A DNA stretch of 62,239 nt, counting the filler, from Porpidia crustulata (Eukaryota): assembly GCA_964255105.1 (NCBI GenBank). It is 2 parts of 2 records of this genome, joined end to end, with 100 filler letters (N's around TTAATTAATTAA, not from the genome) between each part and the next. Parts side by side here need not be neighbours in the genome. Positions count along the whole stretch, not along the records: positions 31,398 to 62,239 come from CAXUWE010000018.1; 1 more part is not named here. One strand, given 5' to 3'. The stretch's first letter is position 1; the number at the start of each line of letters is the position of its first letter. Positions 38,301 through 51,824 of this stretch are shown in pieces. Both the position numbers and the translations under genes were made by a program. Under the pieces are notes generated by a model. That model was not told the DNA's origin. It worked only from the letters and a program-made list of their open reading frames with translations, and searched no databases.

Positions 38301-39370
38301 ATAAAAAACTTCTCCTAGTCAATCTACCCTGAGCTCGAGTGATTGTCGTAGCGCAAATATCTCCAAGAAGACTTGACAGCTTCTCTGCTGACCAAGTCGT
38401 GAGCGGCTGGCTCTCAAGGTGATCTCGTTGCTAAGCCAAATTCCTCGTATCTTTGTGGATCTGAGCTTTATGATCGCTTCTCGTGCAAGAATGCGTTCCA
38501 CCGCCTCCAATAGCCAGGGGAGGTGTGAAAGGTACAGAACGAGCGAACTGCAGGCGCACAAGTCCAAAATCGAAAGACTTTATTACTTCGAATCAATGTC
38601 ACAGAAATCAACCCCTCGATGGCGGCGAGAACATCAGCTAGACTTGTCTTACAATTCCTGCGTTGATTTTAAAGTCAATAGCGATATAGAAGGGCCAATC
38701 GGTCCAAGCTGGATCGACTTTAAAACGCTGCTCGACTTGCTACTGCAAAACCATCCTAATGATTCCAGCGCTATATGCTATGGCACCGATCCGAAAAGGG
38801 ACAACGAGAAAAATTCGATCTCGGAAGGGAAGCTATAAACATTTTTCGTATAGTAGGCATAGATTAGAAAAAATCAGACAACATCACGCTGGAGGCCACT
38901 GCATTCCGGAATGCATTAAACAAGGCACACCAACGTAGCAAGGTTAACCCACAATAGCATATGGTGTAAGTCATCTGAGAAACGTACTTTTGCTGATGGG
39001 AAGAGACAATACTCCATAACGCTTATAACGGTCTCTACATCTGAATATTAGGAAACAATTAGAATATTATTCATAATCCACATACACTCGAGAAGCATAG
39101 TAATAATAAGATTGGCTTGAAGCATTACCATCAAAACCACAATGACACTATTCGAGCGAAGATAATTTTGCTGGCGAATTAGGTATGAAAGCGATGGTAT
39201 TAATGTGGTTATTATCAGGAGACTATCTAGAAGGTGGATGGAAAGAAAGAAAAGTTTCTGCTAACGTTTCCAATTCCATGTGACGATGATTGTCAATTGA
39301 CTGCTAGTATTTGGAATCATACAAGTAGATAATGAAATAACATTAAACGCATCTTTGATTGTGTTTAATT

Positions 39371-40467
39371 TTACTTAGTTTTGTCAGTTTTGGTTTCTTT
39401 TTCTACGCACGTGCCGTAGCGTTTACGGAAGACGACGCTGAACAAGTAGAGCCAGATATTGATGTAAGTAAATCCTAGCAACAACTTCAAAGGCCAAGGG
39501 TATTTCCTCTCTTCTTGAAAAGTTTCGCACATTCCCAAAAATTTTGGAACGTTATCCGTAACTATCCCATCCAGTCCCTGCCTGATGCACCAGTCCATGT
39601 TCTTTTCACTGCTAACGGTCCACGAATAAACCTGGCGGTGATTTGCTCGGAGTTCTTGAATGAATTTGCGGCCGTTTGGAGAGACGAGCGATGGTTGGAG
39701 TATGTTGAAGCCCATATTCGGGACAGCAAGGAATTGACGGGAGTAGGCGACGGAGAAGCCGATGTTCATGATGGGAAACCCTGGGAAATACTCGTGGCAG
39801 AGTGGAATGAATTTTGCCTACGGAATGTAAGCGGCGGGCGGCGCACACTGCAGAGTGGCTGTTACCGTCCAACAGCCAAGTAGCACTTTGTCCTTCCAAG
39901 ACGAATTGTTTCCTGGATCGACTTGCCTAAACGTCTCCGCAAGATGATGCATAAGCTCTTCTGGGTCATCATCAATCTATTCAGTGTCAGGCAGATGTTT
40001 ACTACGATACTACGATAGAATGAAGAACCTTGATATCCAGCATGAGCCAAATGCTTTGCCATTTCGGTCTCCGAAAGAGCTCGAGTAGATCTCGAAGACA
40101 AGGGAGAGGCTCATGGGGCATCCGAGTTGTGCGCAACGTCTCAAGGATGCTCCAATCGCAGTTGCTGATCCTTTCATTTACACCGAAGCATCTTTTCAAA
40201 TCAGGATCCTGGATAATTCGTCAGCAATCATCAAATTGCGTCTGCTTCTCGGCGGGGAAGGAAGTTTACATGGGAGAGAACCACAACGCCGTCTTTGGTG
40301 AGATGCACGTCTGTTTCTACAGCATGAGCGCCGCCCTCAACAGCGTCTTCAAAAGCCCGAATGGTATTTTCTGGATACTTGGCTGTCCACCCCCGATGAG
40401 CGATGGCCTGCGGTAGGCTCCTCCCATTCACTCCTAGACGTTTCGAAGCAAAAGCTGCTGTAAACAA
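39371..40467 (-). CDS. Glycerophosphodiester phosphodiesterase (Pgc1-like phospholipase C); first exon unresolved
   Basis: [49 protein letters not shown]-terminal TM. Confidence 0.85.
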
Positions 40468-41807
40468 TCATTAGCCGCTGAGCAGGATTATTGTTCGTTC
40501 TGTTTTTTTCAATGAACTGTGGAAGTCACATAGCAAGGATACACAACGGCAGAGTTAGAGGTGGTGTGGCGCTGACGCTAGGGTCGGAGAGGCGTTTCGG
40601 GAATGGTGATTGCTTTTCCTACGCTGTGCACAGACGATATAATTCGCCGGTACTTCGAACTTAACAATTATGTAAATGCACCTACATATCGGAAAGGTGA
40701 TATTTGGTAATGTCACCTTCCTGCCATACTTGGTCATCGTTTCGTCGCTAAAAATCGGAGGAGCGAATGGGATTTTCTGGATAAGCTTTAGAAGATCCAT
40801 TCTGGACTGAACAGCCCGCCTCAATACGACGATACTGTGTTGCAGCTGGTAAAAGTAGAAGCCGTGTTGCAGAGAAACACTGGCAATAGGAACCTTATAA
40901 CGGCGCTCTTCCTTCTTCCTTTCACAAACTGTACCCAGGAGTTCAGACGAGGCCGCGTAGCATGTGCACCTGTGCACGGCTGCACATCTATCTTGAACAC
41001 AACGAATCGGCCGAGTGCGAAACGCTTCCTTATCATCGATGTTAAGCTGTCTGCTGTCTGCTGTCTGCTGTCAGCTATCTTACCACGGGATGTGTCCCGT
41101 TCGGCTTATTGGCAGGGGCTGGCTGTGTATCGTGCCAATAAGCCCTTTGATCCTCATGCTCTGCTGACAGCGTTGAAAGTATTGCCCACGAGTGCCTACC
41201 ACGCCCACCTCTTTGATTTTCGTGACGCTAGTGCAAGTCGTAGCATCCTCCACAAATCATGCAAGAACACAAATCCCCGATACTCCACTCGAGCCGCACG
41301 GCAGTGGTAACGTGCCTTGCTTGCTCTGTCTTGGCATGCGAATGAAGGTGATCAGCATGTCCCCACGCCACTATATGGACCTCTGGGACGCTCCGTTATA
41401 CCAGCTTCGGGAATTTATGCAAGCCATTTTAGCCTTCCGGGCGTCGTCTCTGTTTCGAAACTACTCTGTTCCTGTATGCTGGGATCTGCGCATCATTTAT
41501 TGGTACGATCTACAAAAGCAGGAGAATATGTCAGTCGGCACAGCAAGAATAATCCCGAACTGTGGCTTCAGGACTGACAAGTGATACGCCGGTGCGACCC
41601 CCTTTGCTTGATTTTCTGCTTGGCACACTCTTTTCTGTTCCCTCTCAGTCGCCAGGCTGGCCCAGCGGAATCATATATCAAATAATTAATTCTATATGTT
41701 GCCCGTGCAATGCAAAAATTTCGAAAACCCTCCGTCACTCGATTTCCTTCCGTGAACTACAAAGTATCACTATCAAAGACTACAAATACAGCAGCGTTCA
41801 CTGTAAC

Positions 41808-43361
41808 ATGTCGTCCCCTTATACTGCAGGCCGAATTGTTGGCACGTTGCCTCCTCCACCGGGCCAGACTGCAAACTTCGTGAATCCTGAGAACCACGAT
41901 GCGGAAACGATTGCTTTGCATTCCGTCTGTCTTGTACTCATTACCTTGTTTGTTGGCATGAGGGTCTACGTGCGAGCGTTCGTGCTTCGTCAATTCGGTT
42001 AAGATGATGGTAAGTCAACTACTTGACGATCCAGAATGACTCTGGCAAGCTGATACTCCTCAGCCTTCTGTGTGACTGGCTGGGTAAATAAGTAGACCCT
42101 ACCTTTCATTACAGAGATGGCCATTGTGACCCATTGAAACTAGATACTTTCCGTCGCGTATTCTGCAATTACCCTAAAGAGTAGGGAACATGGACTCTAA
42201 TTAAGAGGACGGCAGCTCTTTCGTCCCATCGTTGCGATGCTTGGGAGTCTAACGATTATGTTGTTTTCTTAGATATAAGCTTACAGAAGCTAACAATCAT
42301 TAATAGCCATGACACTTGGTTTAGGTCGCCACCTTTGGGATGTTCCCGCAGCGCAAGCTATTGACTTCGGAAAGGTCATCTCTCATTTCTTGAATCCGTA
42401 ATGGAACAATGTGTTTCTTACATTTGACGTCCAGTGGCTCTTTATTACCGAGATCGAAATCATACCGGTCTGGCTAATGATCAAATTGGCCTTCTTCTGG
42501 TCGTACAAACGAGTGTTTCAACCGAGTCAGACTATGAGATGGCTCTGCTACACTGGAGCCTTCGTCTGCACCGCTCTTTATGTCGCCGAAATCTTCCACG
42601 ATATTTTTATATGCGTTCCGGTGCAGAAGAATTACAATCCGAAAATACAGGGTCACTGTCTGCCCAGTCGAGTCGGCGGATCCATAACGGCTATCTTTAA
42701 CGTTATCACCGACTTGTACATCTTCATATTGCCTTTACCTTTGGTCTGGTCTCTGCAGATGAAGCTACGTCGAAAATTGCGGTTGATGACATTATTTGGA
42801 CTCGGAGCATTGTATGATATGTTTTATTTCAACACACTGACAGTCGCATATCCAGTCATGCACATCGATTTGATAGAAGAAAGTATGCTAATATGATCAT
42901 GCGCAAATTATAGTGTTAACGCCGCCACTATCGCACGCCTAGCCATTACCTATCAGATCGCCACAGATAAAGACGTCAGCTGGAAAATATATAGGGCATC
43001 GCTCTGGGTGTAAGTTCCCTAATCCAACCTTCCCCTTGGCCCATTTAAGATACTTTCCCTCTAATTCATTGACGGCAGCACCCTTGAAGTAGACCTTGGC
43101 CTAATCTGCGTCTGCGCACTACTCCTCCCCAGCTTTTGGGACCGGGTCATCCTCCCCTCCTGGAGCACCCTACGCTCCAACTCGTCTGGTGTCTTCGGCT
43201 TCCACAAGTTCTCGGAGGATACCACGGATCCTGAGCGCGGCCTCACGTTTGTGCATGTCCAGACCCAACACTCCCCTACTACATCCGAATCGGCGGCTCC
43301 CAGGCTTTCTGAGGTGGCGCACAACGACATTGTCGTGTCACAAGGTCTATATTCTGCTTAA
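41808..43361 (+). pseudogene. Pth11-like membrane protein with premature stop in exon 1
   Basis: PPPPGQTANFVNP...RQFG*DD (TAA 42000-42002), GLGRHLWDV, FNVITDLYIFILPLP, EVDLGLIC. Confidence 0.75.
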
Positions 43362-43787
43362 TTGTCCTGAAATTAGACTTGAAGCGCTAGTCTTATGTTG
43401 TCATCTGTCTATGATGCCTTATCCCTAGATTCGGCAACAAGGGGTTGGGACAGTGATCATGGGGAGTATTTGGACGGGTTGAAACAACTTCCGGATTGTA
43501 GCATCGTCTTGAAATGCTACGAAGGTGCTGGAGCTAGAATAGTGCACGAGATCTGAGGCGAGCACGAGTTGACTTATGTGGTGCATAACAGCACGGGGAA
43601 GGAGGTGCAGATGTTTCCCAATATTTCATTCAGTATTGAAGACAAAAATAGTAGACATCTAATTGATTCCTTTTTACCGATCATCGGCCCTCGGACCGTT
43701 CGCTAAGTATGCATGAATTTTTTGTGGCGCTCGAGGTGTTACTGAAAACATTTGTTGTTCCCATCACTTTCTCTCCAGCGCTCAGCC

Positions 43788-44653
43788 ATGACACCCGCGA
43801 CCGAAAGCCAGCATCTCGACAACGCACTCGTCGCTCGTATAGCATCTCTGCTGGAAAACGCTGAGATCCCGAACGTCCTCTGGGGCAACTACTTGCTGTG
43901 GGTCGTTAGAGTACCCACAATCGTAGAGGTTTGCCCGCCAGACTCGAGATTGACCACAAAGATAAAATTCTAATCCGCGTCATAATGAAAAAGGACGTCT
44001 CCTTCGCTATCTCCGATGAGTCCGTCTCAGATGCTACCTCCGTGCTTCTGACTGCAGGGTTCCCTGCCCGCGCCGTGTACACCACCTGCCCAATCGCCAA
44101 CAGCAGTTTCCGCGCCAGTCCCGCCCCATCTTCACATGTCCACCTCGATCAAACGACCTGTATTTGTCTTTTCAAGAAATCTGAAACGTTCTGGCGTGTC
44201 GACCTTTCCTCCCCTCCCCGGCTTAGGCAGTTGCGGACTCCAAGCGCAAAAAGAGTTGAGGTAGAAAAGGAAGATGACCGGAAAGTGGATTGGACGAGTG
44301 ATACCTTAATTGCATACCAATCAAACGACGTATCTTCCCCTTCGGGTCATGGCAAGACTTGCTTCCCCCCGGAACTCCACCTCGTTCGCGTTCCTACGGT
44401 TCAACGCCTGCTCGAAGCCTATATTCTACTCATGGCCCGTGATCGGCACAAGGTGTACAAGCACTTTTGTTCAGCGATGCTGACCTACATACGGGAGTAT
44501 GTCGAAGGTACTGAGTCGATGGTGCGCGAGGAGCTGGAACAGTGGTGCTGGGACTTGTATGATGCAATGTTCAAGGGACACGGTTCTGTTATCAACGAAA
44601 TGCTAGAAAGGGTGGCGGAGAATGGAAAGCTTGGATACCCATTGGAAACATGA
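43788..44653 (+). CDS. Fungal hypothetical protein, 2 exons
   Basis: IPNVLWGNYLL..VPTIVE|DVSFAISDE; long open second exon. Confidence 0.6.
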
Positions 44654-46037
44654 AATATCTGATATCCTGGTGTTATTTGGGCTTGGTACTGGACCTGGCA
44701 AGCTATTAGAGTAAATTATGGCTATACCGCACGATGGTGGCCCTATTTGCCTGGCAGCCCTTCACGTTCTAAGTACCATGCTTTTGAACATTCCCTCTCT
44801 GTCGAGGAGAATTCTCGACAAGTAGAAACGAGAAGGTGGCGGCCGGTCAGACTCAAAATGGACCGTCAGACCTATTTTCCAAGAATCCATATCGACAGTA
44901 TCCCGCCTGCCTTTGCCTGCCTTTCAACGTACTTATCTGGAAACGAGGTCGAGGGGGCCTCGCTCGACCTCTAATAAGCTTGACATGCTTCCACTGGCAG
45001 CCCACCGCGAACCGAACGCTTTCACGAAGTATCCAAGTATCCAAGTATCGCCCTCACCAAACTTTGAACCTTAACTCTACAACCACATCCCAGGATCCAG
45101 CGACATGGAACACATGCCAGTGCAGATCCAGTGTACGGGCCTTTGGAAGAGCTGCAAAAGCGTCACGACCCGACCCGAGAGGGTGATTACCTGACTCGCA
45201 ATGGAATGTCTGATGATAGATTAAAGTATAGGATACAGGTGGTAAAGGCGTGACTTAATTGGGTAAAAGTTGCTCGGTCGATAGGGTTTGACGTACATTC
45301 CGATTAACGGGCCCGTTTCAAATAATAGTCATGTATATATGATTGATATATTTTTAAGCCCCCTAGATCCTCGGTCGTCTTTCCAGCAGGGGTTTTTTTG
45401 GGGGGGGTATCATCTCTACACGACGGGGAACATTAGACGCAGTGATGTAAAAAATTTACCGGAGGCCCCCTTAAGGTGTGCTCGTGCAATGGCTTCTCAA
45501 GATCAGTTAAGATGTCAGTTTAACGTTTCTCACGATGGTTTTGATAGCTGGCATGCGACCGGCGAAGTTATTGGTTGCATCTACGTGAACACGTCCTCGA
45601 TCTGATAGTGTCGCATTTTGTCATCCCCTCTTGAAGGAATGCTCCTCGCGATTCCGCTGGAAGCCTCGATCCAAAACCAAGCCGCCCTACTCTGCGAGAT
45701 GCAGGCGAGGTATATGGCTCGCAGCGATCTCCGCAGCTAGCTAGCACCAATCACCTCGTGGTACACTTGATGTGAGTACCACGGCTTGTATCTCCCCAAG
45801 GCTCACAGACTTAGTCTGGGCCTCTGGACTTTTCCTTCCTCTCAGTGCACATGCGCCATTGACTTTCAGCTCGTCCTTCTCACCGCTATAATTCGAACGA
45901 TCTCTGCGGTGGATAGGAAATTGTTTGGTGTGCTTGTGAGAGAAAGTTCCCGACCCATCATCATCGACAAGTAAAGTGGAAGTGTTTTCCCGCTCCCTCT
46001 CCTCCCCCAATCATGGTTTCCCACAGCCCTTGCGGGT

Positions 46038-47690
46038 GCCCGCCACATGCCCGAACATGATGTGGAGAAACAAGTCGAGCTGCAAAAATTCGTCCGTCAA
46101 TGTCTCCACCGTTGGCGGCGAAAACGCCCGTGACATCGTGAAGCACTCCCTCAAGCCTTCAGACCGACACCATATCCCTGCCACGCCCGTCCTCCTTAAA
46201 GGTAGACTCGCAAGATGGAACGCCAAAGTGGAAGGCCTGGCCGGCCTCGAAGCTCGTGGCATCACGCGTGTGCTTCCAGAAGAGAAACATGACGGGGGCT
46301 TGAAGGAATATTTGCAGATATTTACTCCGTGGTTTGGTATGAACCTGGTGGGGGTCAACCTGGTTGTGAGGTTCTTTGGGCCACTGATCTTCAGTCTCGA
46401 CTGGGTCGATTGATTCTGCATCGTTATCTTCGCCGACGCTCTCTCATCCTGCGGACCATCTTATACGGCCACATTCGGTCCATAAAGTAGAAATCGAACC
46501 ATGGTACGTCTGTGGGTGACATGCATGCCCTATTCTCGCTCACGATGGGGGACTTTGTTTGCTAATGGGATTTAACACTCGCCTGCTTGATAGATCCTCG
46601 GTCAATGTTTCATGGGATACTGGCCGTCCAATATCACCTGGCTTCTCAACATAATCCTTCAGCTGGGCTGGGGGATCATTGGATCCATCATCGCTGGACA
46701 AATGTTCTCAGCCATCAACGGCGCGGGTCTGAGCATTGCCGTTGGCTGTGTCATCAGTGCTCTTTGCATTGGCCTGATGGTCACCTTTGGCATTACCATT
46801 CGCCATAGGTACGAGAGGTGCGTTCTATTGCTCGTCGCGAAACCAAAAGAAATGACTTCAATGCCTCCCTGCCGTCCGTCGGTCCTGCTGGCACAATCAT
46901 CGCCAACCGCTGCTCCTTCTTCGCCCTCTAGTTCTCCATCGTCATCGGATGCTCCGCCGTCGGCGCCGACTTCTACGTCTACTACCCAGGCAATACGAGC
47001 CGGCGCCTCACGTTCTTGATAACCTGGTCAGGCTTGTGGTCGTCGCTCATCTTCGTCAACCTCGTCGGCGTAGCCACGACCCTCGCCTGCAGAGACGCCT
47101 ATAAGACCTCACTCGGCGCGCTTCTCCTGGCCTGCTATGCCCGCCTCGGCGGCTTCGGAGGATTCTACGTTGTTATCCTCGCTCTGAGCAGTATCGCCAA
47201 CAATGCACCGGCCACATATGCCGCAGCTTTGAGCTGCCAGGTTCTGGGCCGCTGCGCCAAAGCCATCCCGCGCTGGATCTAGTATCTCGTGCTTACGATT
47301 ATCGAACTCGTCTGCTCCATCGCCGGCCGCGATCATTTGTTCAATATCTTTGAGAATTTTCTGCCTCTCATGAGTTACTGAATCTGCTCCTGGGCGACAA
47401 TCTTATTGGAAGAGCACCTCCTGTTCCATGTGCTGCAAGGCATGCCCTCCGATTAGACCGCGTGGGAGGACAAGAAGAGGCTTCCCATTGGGGCCACCGC
47501 ATTGCTTTCTTAGCTGATTGGATGAGCCAGTGCGATTGTCGGAATGGACCAGACCTGGTATCAAGGCTTAGTTGCGCTGAAGATCGGGGGATATGGGAAC
47601 GATATTGGAGCATGGATATCGATTGCTTTTGCGTGCTCGGTTTACCCGCCGCTGAGGTACTTGGAACTGAAAATATTTGGCCAGTAAAGA
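46038..47690 (+). pseudogene. Purine-cytosine (NCS1, Fcy2/Tpn1-like) permease pseudogene
   Basis: GLEARGITRV, GP*SRNRTM, MGYWPS, ADFYVYYP, NNAPATY, AWEDKKRLP; at least 5 stops plus frameshifts. Confidence 0.85.
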
Positions 47691-48412
47691 GGGTGAGCAT
47701 GAATAGAGGATCATGCGCTATTATTGTTGCCGCCGTTTGCCCGTCTCAACATAGTATTCGCAAGAATTTGTGTTTGATCGCTTGCAGTCTGGTTTTTTTT
47801 GCACTGAGGTACGTGTTGCGATAAAGCTACTGCGCTGCTCTCGGCATCATGAAACCCCAATGAAGTAGACGCCCCCTTGTCAATGCGGTATGTGTGGCAC
47901 GTAATGAGCGGTCCACTATCCCATGGCATCGAACTCTGAGAAACCTAGATTGGTTACTTCAATGCATGCAACCTGTGCATCTCCGTGCCGGTAGTGCACA
48001 TTTCTTGCTGGCACGAGATTGCCATTGCGATGGAAGCACCATTTGCTGCCCTTTCTTCCTGATCAAGTCTGACGAGCATATTTCTGTAGACTGCAGGTGA
48101 CACGTTGACTACCCAGATTGACTCTGCTTTTCGGGGATAATGAAGATCGTGTATGATTTGCTCTACGTGACAACCCTCGCGAGCAATAGATGGCTACCGC
48201 GACTCCCGGTGGTTATGGCGCAACGCATGTGGCTATTTACCATCGAAGGAGAAGAAAGATGCTGTTTCGTCTTGTAAAGTTTCTCTTCGTTCAATTAATC
48301 CTCGGGATTCCTAAGCTGCCATCACGATCAGTGATGTTCTCTAGCTTACGCAATGTTTTGAAGGTCCCCACGAGGGACAGTATCGTCCACACCCTAAGCC
48401 CATGTTCATCGT

Positions 48413-49197
48413 CTACTTTGCAACGACAAGCGTTCCGAAATGCGGCGTCACCTTGTAACTTTCAAGTTCTTCAATACTGGCACTGCCATTACGATCCTTC
48501 AAAAATGCATCCGGTACGTTGGTCACGCTCCACGCCACCTCGCCACGAAGCCCGCCTTCTCTCGCAGAAGTCTCGTAGACCTCCATTCTCAAATGGTAAC
48601 AATCAAATTTTACCTCTCCGTGTCTCGTGTGCGCAAATGCCTGGAAAGTGATTCCATCCTCCACGGCTCCCGTAACGCTGTAGAGCAAGCCACCCGATCC
48701 GCTCGGCCTAACCCTCCCCTCGGCTTCGACATTCGCGGCAGGATCTTGCGTCGGCGGCGGCGTCACGGTGACAAAATGTCCACCGTCTTTGAGATTAAGT
48801 GCGACGTTGCAAGACATGTCCACTATGTCATTGCCACTGAGTGCATAGTTCAGCAACCACGCGCCGAAAACGAGGTCGAACGGACCGCCCTCATACGGCA
48901 CCGGTTTCGAGCAATTGGCTAGCGTGAAATCGATAGTCGCACTGTTCGAAGGCATGTGGGATTTGGCAGCCCGTGCCTTCTTGAGCATTGTGGAGGACAT
49001 ATCTGCCTCAACGACCTTGCTAGCTCCCCACTTTAAGGAATCATACGAACGAAAGCCTGATCCGCGAGCGAGGTCGAGAACGCGCGCATCTTTGACAAAC
49101 GGTGCAACAGCTTATTGGACATTGGCGTGTTCGATAAGAGCAATGGAACTTTTGCGGAGCCATAGGTTGCTTGGATGGTGTCGTACTGAGCTGACAT
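48413..49197 (-). pseudogene. Class I SAM methyltransferase (ToxA-like) pseudogene
   Basis: MSAQYDTIQ, frameshift, NVQ*AV (TAA 49112-49114), VLDLARGSG, GPFDLVFGAWLLNYA. Confidence 0.8.
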
Positions 49198-49442
49198 CTT
49201 GCTGATATAACGAGATATGATGAGAAGTATTCACGCTGTATTTTTTTTTGGACGCCAATACTTTTGTATTTGATGCGTAGGTAGAATGTGGAAGGTAAGT
49301 ACTCGCTTGTCATAGAAGCTCTACAGAAACAGACAGGATTTTGTTCGGAGACTCTCGATCGTCTTGGTATCTTGTGTCGCTCATGAGACATGTACATTCG
49401 AAATCGAGTCGCGGGTGCTGCAGTTCTGTGAGAGAATAAAAG

Positions 49443-49890
49443 CGTCGCATTCAGAATTCTGATCTCGATTTCAGAATCTAGCGAAAACGATCAAAAATTT
49501 GACTCAAATTTGATGCAAATTTGATACCCCATTCAGTGCTTCATTAAATGGCCATTTAATGTCTATCCAGTGCCCCATTCAGTGCTCCATCTAATGCCCA
49601 CCCAGAACTTCTTTTAATGCTGATTCAGTACTCCAATTAGCTCTTCATTGAATGCCCATTCAATGCTTAATGCGTGAAATAATGGAAGCGCTGAATGGAG
49701 CATTGAATAAACATTAAATAGAGCATTGAATAAAGTATTGAATGAAGCATGAAATGAAGCACTGATTGGGGCATTAATTGGGCATTAAATGAAGCATTTA
49801 TATGGGGTATCAAATTTGAGTCAAATTTAGCTGTTTTCGTGTTCGTTTTCGCTAAATTCTGAAATCGAGATCAGAATTTTGAATGCAACG
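49443..49890. mobile_element. MITE-like/foldback element with long imperfect TIRs
   Basis: Left cgtcgcattcagaattctgatctcgatttcagaatctagcgaaaacga is near reverse-complement of right end; internal ~12-bp ccattcaatgct-type repeats in mirrored orientation; no ORF. Confidence 0.85.
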
Positions 49891-50195
49891 ATAGATAGCT
49901 CGGTTACGGTAGCACGGTAGAAAGTAACCATCATGCCGACTAAGAAACAGTCAAAGCTGTATTATAAAACAGCGTCGAGACAGCCACGTCGTCTCACCCA
50001 CACACACAAATACCGCGTTTGATATCCCTCCTTCTCTTCCCTCTCTTCCCTCTCTTCTTTCTGTCTGCAAATGAATGTAAATTGATTGTAGCAAACACAT
50101 GTTTCCCAGTCTCATGGTGAGAGTTCTAATAACCATTCTTCACTTCCACTTCGCGGTCTTCCACACGATTATCCCATTTTCGATTACACGCTACA

Positions 50196-51319
50196 ATGAC
50201 TTCTGTTTCGATTCCCAAAGTCATGAAAGGAGTGCAAATGAAGAACTTCGGCGGGCCCGAAGTTCTGCGATACCGGATCGACTTACCCGTTCCGGTTCCG
50301 CGAGAAGGTGAGGTCTTGATCAAGAACGACTTTATCGGCGTCAATTACGTCGATGTGTTCGTTGCCCTTCTCCCCTTCCCGTCCATCAACCCTTCCGTTG
50401 CCTAACCGGTGATCAGATATTGGCGCATCGGGATGATGGGATTTCCCGCCGGCGGAATCATCGGCCGCGAAGCAGAGGGCACGGTTGTGTCTATCGGTCC
50501 CGGAAGCGTCAATGGTCTCCAAGTCGGCAATCGCGTCGTTTGGCTCGCCATGGGCGGCTACGCAGAATATTCCGCGGTTCCTGCCTCGATGGCTTATGTC
50601 GTTCCGGCCGAGGTCGAACCTGGCGTCGCAGCCGCAGCACTCATGCAAGGCCTGACTGCCCTCACCCTTACGCACAGAATCTACCAAGTGAAAGAGGGTG
50701 ACTGGGCACTGGTCCATGCTGCTGCTGGAGGTACAGGGCTGTGGTTGTGTCAACTATTGAAGGCGCTTGGCGCAAAACCCATTGGCACGGCGGGTACAGC
50801 GGAGAAAACCCTGCTGGCAAAGGAGAATGGGGCAGATTTCGTGATCAATTATCAGGAGGAGAAGGACCTGATGAAGAGGGTAGAGCAGATTACGGGGGGC
50901 TATGGGGTGGATGTCGTATATGACGGTATTGGGAAGGATCAGACAGAAAATAACGTGAACGTTGTGGCCAAGGATGGGACAATCGTGACTTACGGAGTGG
51001 CTGTACGTAGATGCCGCATGATATTCTTGAACGGCCAAATTACTGACGTGGATGATAGTCTGGAGTCCCGCCTCCGATCTCACCGGCCAAGTTGGCTGCA
51101 AAGAATGTAAGATTGGTGGGGCCTGGCGAAAGTGCACTGATGAGAACGGTCGGTTCGCCTCAGGAGTTTGCGAGTTGGTGTGCCAAGCTCTTTGATTCCA
51201 TCACCAAGGACAAGGTCAACGTGAGAATTCATGACACGTATCCGCTGTCGGAGATTGTGAGGGCCCATCAAGATCTTGCGAGGCGGAAGACTACGGGGAA
51301 GGTTCTCGTGAAGCCATGA
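50196..51319 (+). CDS. NADPH:quinone oxidoreductase (zeta-crystallin/Zta1-like MDR), 3 exons
   Basis: FGGPEVL, GVNYVD, GREAEG, LVHAAAGGTG, GVDVVYDGIG, RKTTGKVL; splices without stops. Confidence 0.9.
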
Positions 51320-51824
51320 ACCTCATGGCTGTCTGAGTATAGGATGAAAATAGCACTTTCTACGCGGGTACGACACCTGTTTAGGTTATTGGCATTTGTA
51401 AGTAGCAAGCAATAGGTATGGGTATTTAGGTAAACTTAGCATTAGATGGTACATCAGATATATTGATGCTTGGTTATAGCAGGAAGTACCTAGGGGAGGA
51501 AGCAGGTGGAAACTCTGCTTCCAAGCTAGCTATCGGGCTAGCCCTCTTGGGCAAACTCTACAGGCCGGAAATTTTCAAATCTGGCAGCACCGAAGCATCC
51601 TGTCTACTTTGCTGCCTTTCCAATACAGGTTGCCCTCTGTATTTCGGATTGGTTGAAGGTGCATAAACGGCACGTTTTCCAAAGCTTACTTGAGTTGTTG
51701 TTCTATTGAGGACTGTTTCATGATTATATCAGCAGACCTACGCACCAATTCGTCTTCCGCAACCAACTCACCCTGTGGAAACCACTATGGGGTTCTCTAT
51801 CCACGGATCCCAAAGTGGCGTCGC

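Noticed and set aside
38419..38838. ORF with faint Clr5-like segment (HKSKIERLYY)
   Set aside because: Too short and degenerate to support a call
41046..41073. (gctgtct)n heptamer repeat
   Set aside because: Ordinary short microsatellite
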